Shown here one piece after another: positions 13,965 to 25,700 of a DNA stretch of 64,000 nucleotides. The first letter of the stretch is position 1, and every line of letters begins with the position of its first letter. Origin of the DNA: Paraspadella gotoi (taxonomy: Eukaryota; Animalia; Chaetognatha). The DNA lies in contig CM119264.1 of assembly GCA_051294375.1 (NCBI GenBank), forward strand, positions 18,045,729-18,109,728. Direction: 5' to 3'. The translations under genes were made by a program, and so were the position numbers. The notes beneath the pieces were generated by a model. That model was not told where the DNA came from. It did no database searches and was given only the letters and a program-made list of their open reading frames with translations.

Positions 13965-16068
13965 GCCGCAAGGAAATCAAAACACAAACAAAACAACAAA
14001 ACCCCAATGAAAAGCCAAACAAATTTCTCTTTGTCGATTTTCAGAAGAGAAGGAAAGAGTCAGACGCAAAAAAAAAGCAGAATAAGAAAGCGTCTTAACT
14101 TGTTTTTGTAACGTTTTAATTCAAATATATTTAAACAAAAACAGGTGAGATATACATTTCGATTAGAACGTCCGGGAGAGTTTCAGCTACGAGGACAACG
14201 ACGACGACGACGACGACGACGACCAAAAACGGCGACGACCAAGTTTCGTTTGGGCCGCAGTTTGAATTCCCTCCGGACTGCCACCTGCACCCAGACGGCG
14301 ATAAAGACGACGACGATGTCAACGACTCGAAGTCTCCCGGAGGATCGGGGGGTTGAGAGACCGAGGGAGAATAAATAGTGTGTGTCGTGGAGAAATAGAG
14401 GTTTTGTGAGCACAGGAGAATAAAATTTTGGTGGTGTGTCATAAAGAAACGAGGGGTCGAGTGGCGGTGAGAGGACAAAAGGTTCGTCTTTTTTCTTTTC
14501 TCTCTTTTAACTTTATCACATCCTCCTTCCTTCTTTTTTCTTTTAATTTCATCCCTTGTCCCATCGCCCGAGAAACGAACCACCTTCTCTCCCGTTTTAA
14601 TCATTGACAGATTCCCCGATCTTCCTTTCCATCCCATTCCTCTTTCTTTTCCTCTCATTCGTTCTCTTCGTGACCCAGCCAGAGAAAAAAAATATTTTCT
14701 TGATTAGTTCGCGCGACGACAATATCGATGTCTGTCGAACTCGAAGTTTCCAAGAAACTTTTTTTACCGAATGCGAAGCAAAACCAAAACTCTTGGTTGA
14801 AGAAGAAGGCGAAAGTAAAGCTCTTCAAAAATCCCTCGCTGTGGAGAAGCGCGTGGAAGGAAAATCCTTTCAAAAGCCTCCCATCTCCAATAAAATATCC
14901 CCGTCGTCTCTACCTCTACATAAAAATGAAAGACGCCCCCCTGTCGGCCCCCCTCCGGAGGCGTTCCTCGCCGCGAATGAATCCAGGAATAATAGGAGAA
15001 CCTTTTTTTTTCCGTAGACGAAATGTCTGACCCTTCTAAATCTATAGGCTTGTCTCACTGACTTCAACCAAATTTTCTCGACTAGCTTAAGATATTAGAT
15101 AAAAAAAAATTTAATTCATTAACAATTGAATTTAAAAAAAAAAACAAACCTTTTCTTTTCGTTTTGAATAATAATCTTCGTCAAAATGCGTTAATATTGT
15201 CTTCGAACTCAATCATGACTCAACGGCTTTTAAATTATTCTTACCTCCGTTGCTCTTCCAGCCCATCTAAAACCTATTCTAAACTCATCATCAACAATTC
15301 TTTTCGCGAAAATTAACCCTCAGCCTTCCTAAACCCGTTCTGAACGAAAATCCAACCTTTTTTTCTCGATCCACACCTCCAGCCACGCCCACTCACACCT
15401 TTAACCACGCCCCGACCCGACGACCGCGAAATAACGAGCGAGCCCGAATGTGAATGTGAATATGAAAGTTTAATAAGGATCGGGCTTCTGGCGCCACGTT
15501 CACCGCAGAGGGCCGAGGGCCATTTATGTGGCGTTAACGTCGTCCTCTCCATTCTTTCGTTGCTCAAGTGGGGGGGATTGAGAGAAAGAAGGATAAAGGG
15601 AGTAAGTGAGAGTGAGTGAATGAGAGAGGGAGAAAAAGAAAGAGAGAGAGAGGAGAGAGAAAGAAGAAGAAACACACACCACACAACCAATTCCCACTCG
15701 GGTGTGCTCGGTTGGCATCCTGCTCCTCCCCCTCAATCTCGCTCTTTCATCGCCGGGTTCATCACGAAGTGACGATAGTCGAGTTATGACGCAATCCTTT
15801 GTTTCTCCCCTTCGCGTTCACGCGCCCGTGAAGTCGAGAGACTGAGCTGTCGTCCACGTTGTCGTCGTTGTCGTCGTTGTCGTCGCCGTCCTTGTCATCG
15901 TTCTATGAGTCATCTTTGTCAGTGTCTTTATAGTCGTCATTGTGACGTTAATATCTCTCTCTTTTNNNNNNNNNNNNNNNNNNNNNNNNNGAGAGAAAGA
16001 GAGAGGAGAGATGAAGAGATGAGGAAGATGAGAGAGAGAAGAGATGAGAGAAGAGAGAGAGAGAGAGA

Positions 16069-16865
16069 GCCCCACTGTCATGGTAATCTCTAACGGCCCA
16101 GCATCTTTCTGCCTCTCGTTTAATATCAAAGGGAATTAAAACCGCGAGTTTTTGCAAAATGAAATTCGGTTCTCGAATAAAACGAAAAAGTTATTTCGGC
16201 GACTAATTGGCTTAATAATTTGGACAATGATTAGAGGGTGCGAATTTATGCAAGAATTGAATTAATACAAGGAATGAGAACAAACCTTACACTGTTTAAA
16301 GTATTCAAATTCGATGTAATATAATCGTTAAACAATAAAAATTAACTATTTTTCCCTTTTTTCCCTGCAGTAACCTTTTGACAGATATGTCTGCTATGTA
16401 ATTATTTTGTAAGAGTGATGGAGGCCTTAAACCACCAAAGCCTGTCCAAAGTCAGGGGCAAGATAGCTTATTTATTAAATGAATGGATAATTTTTATATT
16501 GGTTGTACCAATTTCATATTATTATTAGTTGTCTGAGAATGGTGTCAATTTGACTGAAATCAACTGAAATTTGAAAATTTTACTGTTTCGTTAAAATTTA
16601 GGTTATTGACTTGTTCCCATGTCACTTACCTTCATCAGTTCCGACCTTAACCTCATTCTTGATCTCTCTTCCTCCATTCCTCCCTCACTTCTTCCTCCTT
16701 CCTTTCTTTCTCTCACCCGACTCACACGGTCCGTGAGAACATCGGCTCCTCCTCAACTCATTGCCTTCTGAATCCTTCCTTCATAAGACAAAAGCATTTT
16801 CACCGAGACCATTGGGAGCTCCATCAAGGAACCTCGGCCCGAGGATCGCCTTTCCCTCCTTCCAT

Positions 16866-16901
<36 letters not shown>

Positions 16902-17158
16902 ACTCTATAACTTCTCTATTTACTTATATATATATCATATCTATTCTGTTCTCTTCTTTCTTTCTTTTCTTTCTTTTTTATCTTTGCCTTTAACATTCTC
17001 TTTCAAATTATCGTTGTCTTCCTCTCTCTCCCAAGTTTATTCCTGTGTTTTTTACTTTCTATCTCATCCCATCTTATCTCTATAAAATAGTAAGTATATC
17101 ATCCAATCTCGTCGCTCGCTCTCTGTCTTCCCCTCTCGCGCCTGTTTCATCTTAGAAG

Positions 17159-17228
<70 letters not shown>

Positions 17229-17858
17229 TCCATCCTCCACGCCCCCTCCCTTCCCACGCTCGCCCATTGTTTCCCCGTGATACTCGGTGGAGCGGGCCAA
17301 CCGAAGAAATTGGATCCGCTAAACAAATCCCAAACAATTCCCGACGAAAGCGAGACTGGTTTTCGTGTCGTTGTTGCCGAGTCGAGATTGAAGAGACAAC
17401 CGGTAACTTTCAAAATTTCAATACAAAAATCTTAATCTTAATAATTACTTGATTTAGGAAAAAAAAAACCGTAATCGAAATTATTTAGTTTACTACCGAG
17501 ATTGCTTATTTAACTATTTAACTGCCTCGGTTATCCAATATCCATTCCACTTTTCATCTCAACTTTTCCGTCGCTCATAAACACTAATGCGAAATCCGCG
17601 CCCTTGAGATCCTTCGAGCCGACGCCGCTTTAAATGGAATTTAAGAAACGGACTTTTGCATATAACATTTTCACATTGCGTCGAATCGAAATGACTGACG
17701 TCGAAAATTGTTTAATCTTCGTTGAAAAAAGGAAAGTACGGGTCGTCGACCTCGTTGTTTAATATTAATATCTCTTGTCCTCGTTTTCCGTCAATCAAGA
17801 AAAAAGAACAACGACAACATCGATTACCTTTTTTTTATTTCCTACGTACTTGTTTTCT

Positions 17859-17906
<48 letters not shown>

Positions 17907-18002
17907 TCATCACTCTCAAGTCCTCTTTCCCGTTTTTCGATGCCACTTTTTCCCCCTCCAGATCACCTGCTGGTATTTTTCTCTGATTAAAAGAAGCTAG
18001 TT

Positions 18003-18049
<47 letters not shown>

Positions 18050-20075
18050 CTCTCTTCTATTCTCCTCGTCTGCTTTCTCGTCGCCGCAAAGGAAATCAAA
18101 ACACAACAAAACAACAAAACCCCAATGAAAAGCCAAACAAATTTCTCTTTGTCGATTTTCAGAAGAGAAGGAAAGAGTCAGACGCAAAAGAAAAAGCAGA
18201 ATAAGAAAGCGTCTTAACTTGTTTTTGTAACGTTTTAATTCAAATATATTTAAACCAAAACAGGTGAGATATACATTTCGATTAGAACGTCCGGGAGAGT
18301 TTCAGCTACGAGGACAACGACGACGACGACGACGACGACGACGACCAAAACGGCGACGACCAAGTTTCGTTTGGGCCGCAGTTTGGAATTCCCTCCGGAC
18401 TGCCACCTGCACCCAGACGGCGATAAAGACGACGACGATGTCAACGACTCGAAGTCTCCCGGAGGATCGGGGGGTTGAGAGACCGAGGGAGAATAAATAG
18501 TGGTGTGTCGTGGAGAAATAGAGGTTTTGTGAGCACAGGAGAATAAAATTTGGTGGTGTGTCATAAAGAAACGAGGGGTCGAGTGGCGGTGAGAGGACAA
18601 AAGGTTCGTCTTTTTTTTCTTTTTCTCTCTTTAACTTTATCACATCCTCCTTCCTTCTTTTTTCTTTTTAATTTCATCCCTTGTCCCATCGCCCGAGAAA
18701 CGAACCACCTTCTCTCCCGTTTTAATCATTGACAGATTCCCCGATCTTCCTTTCCATCCCATTCCTCTTTCTTTTCCTCTCATTCGTTCTCTTCGTGACC
18801 CAGCCAGAGAAAAAAAATATTTTCTTGATTAGTTCGCGCGACGACAATATCGATGTCTGTCGAACTCGAAGTTTCCAAGAAACTTTTTTTACCGAATGCG
18901 AAGCAAAACCAAAACTCTTGGTTGAAGAAGAAGGCGAAAGTAAAGCTCTTCAAAAATCCCTCGCTGTGGAGAAGCGCGTGGAAGGAAAATCCTTTCAAAG
19001 CCTCCCATCTCCAATAAAATATCCCCGTCGTCTCTACCTCTACATAAAAATGAAAGACGCCCCCCTGTCGGCCCCCCTCCGGAGGCGTTCCTCGCCGCGA
19101 ATGAATCCAGGAATAATAGGAGAACCTTTTTTTTTTCCGTAGACGAAATGTCTGACCCTTCTAAATCTATAGGGCTCGTCTCACTGACTTCAACCAAATT
19201 TTCTCGACTAGCTTAAGATATTAGATAAAAAAAACTTAATTTCATTAACAATTGAATTAAAAAAAAAAACACTTTTCTTTTCGTTTTGAATAATAATCTC
19301 GTCAAAATGCGTTAATATTGTCTCGAACTCAATCATGACTCAACGGCTTTTAAATTATTCTTACCTCCGTTGCTCTTCCAGCCCATCTAAAACCTATTCT
19401 AAACTCATCATCAACAATTCTTTTCGCGAAAACTTAACCCTCAGCCTTCCTAAACCCGTTCTGAACGAAAATCCAACCTTTTTTTCTCGATCCACACCTC
19501 CAGCCACGCCCACTCACACCTTTAACCACGCCCGACCCGACGACCGCGAAATAACGAGCGAGCCCGAATGTGAATGTGAATATGAAAGTTTAATAAGGAT
19601 CGGGCTTCTGGCGCCACGTTCACCGCAGAGGGCCGAGGGCCATTTATGTGGCGTAACGTCGTCCTCTCCATTCTTTCGTTGCTCAAGTGGGGGGGATTGA
19701 GAGAAAGAAGGATAAAGGGAGTAAGTGAGAGTGAGTGAATGAGAGAGGGAGAAAAAGAAAGAGAGAGAGAGAGAGAGAGAAAGAGAAGAAAACACACACA
19801 CACAACCAATTCCCACTCGGGTGTGCTCGGTTGGCATCCTGCTCCTCCCCCTCAATCTCGCTCTTTCATCGCCGGGTTCATCACGAAGTGACGATAGTCG
19901 AGTTATGACGCAATCCTTTGTTTCTCCCCTTCGCGTTCACGCGCCCGTGAAGTCGAGAGACTGAGCTGTCGTCCACGTTGTCGTCGTTGTCGTCGTTGTC
20001 GTCGCCGTCCTTGTCATCGTTCTATGAGTCATCTTTGTCAGTGTCTTTATAGTCGTCATTGTTGACGTTAATATC
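16069..20075 (+). repeat. Copy 2 of the ~4.0-kb tandem duplication
   Basis: Differs from copy 1 mainly by 1-2 bp indels and garbled microsatellites. Confidence 0.9.
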
Positions 20076-20076
20076 A

Positions 20077-20198
20077 TGAAATTGGTACAACTAATATAAA
20101 AATTATCCATTCATTTAATAAATAAGCTATCTTGCCCCTAACTTTTGACAGGCGTTGATAGCTTAAGGTCACCATCACTCTTACAAGATAATGACATA
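20077..20198 (+). mobile_element. Second, oppositely oriented copy of the same interspersed repeat end
   Basis: tgaaattggtacaactaatataaaaattatccattcatttaataaataagctatcttgcccct...ccatcactcttacaa. Confidence 0.6.
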
Positions 20199-20590
20199 TT
20201 ATTCTTGCAGCAAAGATTTTTATGATCATAATCATTTGTCGTTGTCAGGGTTGTCGTCTTCGTTGTCAATTGTATGTTCAACTTCAACTTTCCAACTTTC
20301 TTTTTGTCACTTAATTTCTTTTTTATGATTATATCTCACTTTGGAAAACTTAATATTTTATTCATTATTTTTTGTACCCAAAATTAGTGTTTTCGTCATC
20401 ACTGCATCTTCGTCATCTCGTTCCATGTCTTTAAATTGTTAAGATCTCACGTATCATTCCCGTCGATTTCTACTTCCGAGACATAATGGCATGATCGACA
20501 GTATTCTGCGGCCCTTGTATATTTTATTGTCAAACTATTGTCATTGATTTATATCGTCCTCATCATTGTCATATCGTCATCGTCGTCTCG

Positions 20591-20621
<31 letters not shown>

Positions 20622-20659
20622 TCGTCCTCAGCCGCCCGTCGATGCGTTTATTACCACAG

Positions 20660-20740
20660 CGGCCGCCATTTTTTCCTCCCGTTTTCTTTCGCCGCGCCGC
20701 GAATCTCGATTCGACGTCACGCGAAATCACTTCCGGTTCC
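20660..20740. promoter_or_regulatory. Promoter-like motif cluster (YY1, CRE-like, ETS)
   Basis: GCCGCCATTTT 20662-20672, GACGTCAC 20713-20720 and CACTTCCGG 20728-20736 in a CpG-rich patch. Confidence 0.35.
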
Positions 20741-20829
20741 GTTACTCCGATCGGAAGGAAGGCGGATATCGCGACCGCGGAGCGAGGGAAACCTCGAAGG
20801 TGACAAGAACGAATGACGATGAGTAGGCG

Positions 20830-21195
20830 GAGGCAGGTGATGGGGAAATAAGGGCAGAGTGTTGCGGGAAAAAAAACGCGAGGCAGGTGACGGGGGAATA
20901 AGGGCAGTGGGTTGCGGGGAAATAAGACGAGGCAGGTGACGGGGGAATAAGGGCAGAGAAAAATGGCGAGGCAGGTGAGGGGAATAAGGGCAGTGGGTTG
21001 CGGGGAAAAAACGACGAGGCAGGTGACGGGGGAATAAGGGCAGAGAAAAATGGCGAGGCAGGTGACAGGGGAATAAGGGCAGAGTGTTGCGGGGAAAAAA
21101 AGGCGAGGCAGGTGACGGGGAATAAGGGCAGAGGGTTGCGGGAAAAATGGCGGATGTAGGTGATGGGGGAATAAGGGCAGAGTGTTGAGGGGGAA
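20830..21195. repeat. G-rich minisatellite, 8 units of about 39-50 bp with core AGGCAGGTGACGGGGGAATAAGGGCAG
   Basis: The core is repeated 8 times with long (..gttgcggggaaaa..) or short (agaaaaatggcg) linkers. Confidence 0.9.
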
Positions 21196-22649
21196 AAACG
21201 GAGGTATGGGGAAAGGGAATCGCGAAGGGGGTTTGCGGGAAAGTTAAGGCGTAGTCGAAGAGAAAGGAGCAGTTGTCGACGGAGTGCCAGTTAAGAATGG
21301 AGAAACAGTCTGCCGGGATAAAGCGGCTGAGAGCATGATGAAAGAATGTGATGCGGTCTTGAGATGGAGGGAGAGCGAAGCTGAATCGGCGCCCGACACG
21401 TTCCGTCCTCGGGACCGCGAATTCGCAAGGAGATTTGTTCCGCGGATTTCGCGCGGCGGTTTTTCGCCGCGAGGCCGAACGAAATTTCGGGACATAAAAC
21501 AGCGGCGACGTATTTGTAGAGCGATGGAACTGATCCCACGGCGAGAGGCAAAGACGAGAGTCGAAGAGGAAAAATATTTGTAGGTCGATTGAGAAATGTT
21601 TGGAAGTAAGGATTGTCGAGGATAAGTTGATGAGCAATGCGAAGGTATTTGGGGAAGTACATGGTTAATTGGTAACTCGCTTTTGAAAGGCCAAGGGGTA
21701 AATCATAAAAGTGGACAATTGAGATCCCAAAACGGAAGACACTTGAAAAGACTAAGGGAACGGGTTGGGATTACAGGGCATTCAGGTGTTGGGGAAGTCA
21801 GGGTAGGGCAGGGAAAGGTTCGATGCAGGATGGAGGCTTAAATTGTATTTCTCGGGCGAACGCGAGGCGACGTCGTCAACAAGGAAACAATTGATGGTTC
21901 TCGGAGGCAAGTATGACGACGACGACTCTCAGGACGACGAAAACGCCGAGGGCGACGACGACGACGACGACGAAAACTTCCGACGAGGACGACGACGAAA
22001 AATAAATTAATAAAATCTAAGAGACACCGAGGGCGCGACGGTGACGATGACGACGATGTTGAGTGTCATCGCGACACTGAACGAGAAGCGGTGACGCCGA
22101 CGGCAACGACGACGACGACGACGACGACGAAGTCGGTTGCGAGGTCGTCTCGAATCAAGCGACGACGATGGAGACGAACATTACGACGACGACGATGACG
22201 ACGAAAACAAAACTTCAATCAATTTTGATATCGCAGGAAAAATGTTAATCTCAGGAAAATTAAATTCATTTTTTCACTTTCTTGTCGAGATAAAAAAGAA
22301 AAGATTGCATGTTTGCTTACATGTATAATATAATATATTGTATTATATAGATAACAAAAACACTATACCTCTTTACTTTAAAAAAAAATCGATTTCGTCT
22401 CCTCCTTTTTAAGAAAAGGAATTTTAAATTCATTGAAAATCGGCAGAGAAAATAGGGCGGATAAAAAATCGAAGCAGAAAAAAACGTCGGAACCGAAAAG
22501 AGAGAATAAGAAAATAGGGTGACAAAAAGTGGCAAAGAGAGAAGAAAAAAAGGAATACGGAAGGAGAATCGAGTTGATTTTAAATTCCGCAACTCCTTCC
22601 TTGGGTTACGGCGATATTTTTTTCCATCGCGCGGAAAACGGAGCCAAAT

Positions 22650-22720
22650 GCTCACGTGCGCGGGGCGTGCGCGCCGAATTTTTCGGCTTGTGATTGCAAA
22701 GATAAACGCGCATGCGCAGA
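22650..22720. promoter_or_regulatory. Promoter-like motif cluster (E-box, GC-box, NRF1)
   Basis: CACGTG 22653-22658, GGGGCGTG 22662-22669 and a perfect NRF1-type palindrome GCGCATGCGC 22708-22717. Confidence 0.4.
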
Positions 22721-25700
22721 CTGTTAATACAAGAAATTTCTTCTGGCGGAGATAGTACAGGAATATTACGGAATTATTCGGACAAAGAAATCCTTCATAT
22801 TTCTATAAATCCCACTTATCGCTTTTTAAATAAAACTGAAAACAACCATAACTCGTAAAGCTTTATGAGGTTTGTTCAATATTAATATTAATTCGGATTC
22901 CAACGTTTCAGTGTTTAATATGTTCATTAAAAGTTAAACTTACAGTTATAACTTATATGCTAGAGAGTAGAGAGGTTGGGATAGTGGGTTGAAGGCCTCA
23001 AGGGTAAGTAAAATTTTGAGAATGGAGAGAAAAAAGAATTGTTTGAGGCGCTGATTGCTCTTTTGTCGGCAAAAAAAGTTAATGGAATTCATCGAAACAA
23101 TCTTTTCAAAGCCTAAGGAACAAAAAATGACTTTTTTTGGGAGAACAAAATCGAATACAATATCGCACTGATTTTTCTACTTCAGTCAAGGAAATTTATG
23201 AAACGGAAAATAAAATTATCATTATAAAATAAGTAGAAAAAAACATATTACTAGATTTAGGTAAGAGATAATAAGCAAAAGAAAATATGAATTAATCAAT
23301 CGTCCTAAAGATTTCATGAGGTATGAGGGAAAAATATGGAATAGTTTTATTAGCTAATTGAAAAATATTGAAAGAAATAAAGCGAGTAAATTAAACGAAG
23401 CCAAAAAAATGAAGTGAATGAAACGAAACGAAAAGAAACGAATGGAAAAACTCAAACTACGAATTCACGTCACCACTTTTTTTTTTCATTTTTCCCGCTG
23501 GCACAGTTTCTTTCTCAAGGTTCGTTTTCCCTTCTTTTTCCTTATCACTTTCTCTCTCTTTTTTTCGGTTAAAAAAAAGAAAAAACTTCGAAAAAGGAAA
23601 AAAGTTGAAATTTTGTAATTTTCACATTCTTTTCTTTTTCACCGCGTTTTCGCAAGGAGGGCGGGTGGAGGATTGCCGGGGGTGGGTTTGAAAAAGGCCA
23701 GGGTCTGAGGGTGAGAATGCGGCGGATCGAAATTTCGTTTCTCGGGCCAGAGTGAGAATCGGATTCGTCGTCTTTTCGTAGCGGAGATTTTCGAGTTGGT
23801 GGAGATTAACAGAAGAAATTGGAGAGGGAGTGGTGGGGAAATCCAGAGAGAACGGGAGTGGCGTCTTACAGTGGTGGCGTCGGCTTACTGCGGTGATGGC
23901 ATCGAATGTTAAGAAAAAAAAAGGATTTTTTTTTCTTTTCCAATTCTCGGTTCGAAGCCTAAGAAGAAAAAAGTCGGCAAATTCTAATCTATATTCATCG
24001 ACATCGAATCGGGAACAACTTTTGATTTGGTCTCCTTAAAACGAAGGGAGGAACGATGGAGGAAAGGAAGAAGAAAAGAAAGAAGGAAAAATAGGGAGGA
24101 TGGAATAAAGAAACGATGGAAGGTATTAACAGACGAAGAAAAGATCGATTAAAGAAAACGATTATGGACGGAGGAGAGGTAAAAAAAAGTGAGAAAAACT
24201 AGAGGAACCGGAAGATTGAAATTAATAAGTAATAAGTGAATAAGAAAATAAATTGAGTAAAAAAAGAATGAAGGTAGAAAAAAAAAGACTCGAGGAAAAA
24301 GAAAGAAATAATGAAAATAGTGAAATTTAAAATTGCAATGTGAAGAAAGCATAAATATAGCAGAAGGTGGAGAGTCGAAAAAAGAAAGAGACTTCGAAAA
24401 AAAATTTTGATTTTGGCTTTCCCTACCACATCAGCAAAAATAGATTCCAAAAGAGAAATTTAATTTTTAAGTGGAAGTGAAAAAAATGAAATAGGCAAGA
24501 ACGAAAAGTATTAGGAGCAAAATAGAAAGAATAAGAAAAGAAAAAAAAGATTGAGAAGAGAGATTAAATAAAGAAAAAAAAAAGAACTAATATTATTTAG
24601 TTGTTAGTGCTTTTTCTTTTTTATTTGGTACTTATAAATTAGATTTTAAACGTAATCGTCTATTATTATTATTATAGAACAAAGGAAAGATATTAATAGG
24701 ATATTTTATGTATAATTAATAATTATATATAGTAGTAGAGTGAAGTGAAAATAGTGCAGGGGCTCCGGAGTAACGAAAAAAGAAAAAGAAAACTAAAAAA
24801 AAGGTTAAGAAAAAAAAAAAAAGGAAATGAAGAAAAAAGGAGTTGAAGGGAAGGGATTTAATAGATCGTTTGTTGATGACGATTTCCGAGGTCGTACGAC
24901 GCGGGCTCCTGTTCCGTACGTCCTTCCGTCTCGCGTTGAGCCATTTGTGGTTTGGAGTTTCGTTACGCGGTTGATTTGTGGTTGATTTGTGGTTGATTTG
25001 TGGTTAATAGGACGTTAGTTGGTCGTCGTTGTCGTCGTTCCGAGATTTTAAAGGGAATCATAAAAAGGAAAGCGAGGAATTGGGGCAAAAAGCAACAAAG
25101 AAATGAGGAAGTTAATTTGCTCCGTCTTGATATACCTTTGATGTCTCTTATTTAAAGTTGAAATTATTTAAATATCTACAATTCTACATTGCCGAAAAAA
25201 GATATTAGTTTCCTGTTGAATTTATTGTTTGATTTGATTATAATATTAGAAAATAGTGGTTTTTTTATCCATCATCATCATCATTTATCATCATCATCGT
25301 CATCATCATCGTCATCATCGTCACGATCATCATCATCATCATCATCGTCATCATCATCATCATCGACGTCGTTCTTCGTCGATGGACAAAAAAAAAAAGG
25401 GGGGGGGGACGAAACGGGCCGTGAAAAAGAATTGCGAGTGAGGAGTTCCCCGCGGCCCGAAGTCTGGGCCGACTCTATACTCGGATGCGGGGGGAGGCGA
25501 GGCGAGGCGGGGCGGGGGGGGGGGGAGGAAAGGGATGTGGAGGTAGGAGACCCATCGGTGGAGGCGCGCACCTGCGCAAAGACCGCGGAGATGGAATGGG
25601 GAAGTGGAGGGCGGGGGGTTCGGTTTGGATTTGGTGATTGGGTTTCGATCGGAAAATGGAAGAGAACGAGCGGTCGTTGGGTGGGAAGCCGCGTGGGACG

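Larger units (their letters stand above)
11909..15955 (+). repeat. Copy 1 of a ~4.0-kb near-identical tandem duplication (probable assembly artefact)
   Basis: Colinear with 16069-20075 from gccccactgtcatg to gacgttaatatc; the copies are separated by a 25-N gap (15966-15990). Confidence 0.9.

Noticed and set aside
14604-15030. 137-aa ORF present in both duplicate copies
   Set aside because: No recognisable domain. Presence in both copies is not independent evidence, and the copies disagree in frame at the 3' end.
20830-21195. CRISPR-like repeat-spacer look (27-bp constant core with variable linkers)
   Set aside because: The linkers are short and homologous to each other, the core is not palindromic, there are no cas genes, and the context is eukaryotic. 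It is a minisatellite.
20717-21637. 306-aa minus-strand ORF
   Set aside because: Largely the G-rich minisatellite; the remainder has no recognisable similarity.
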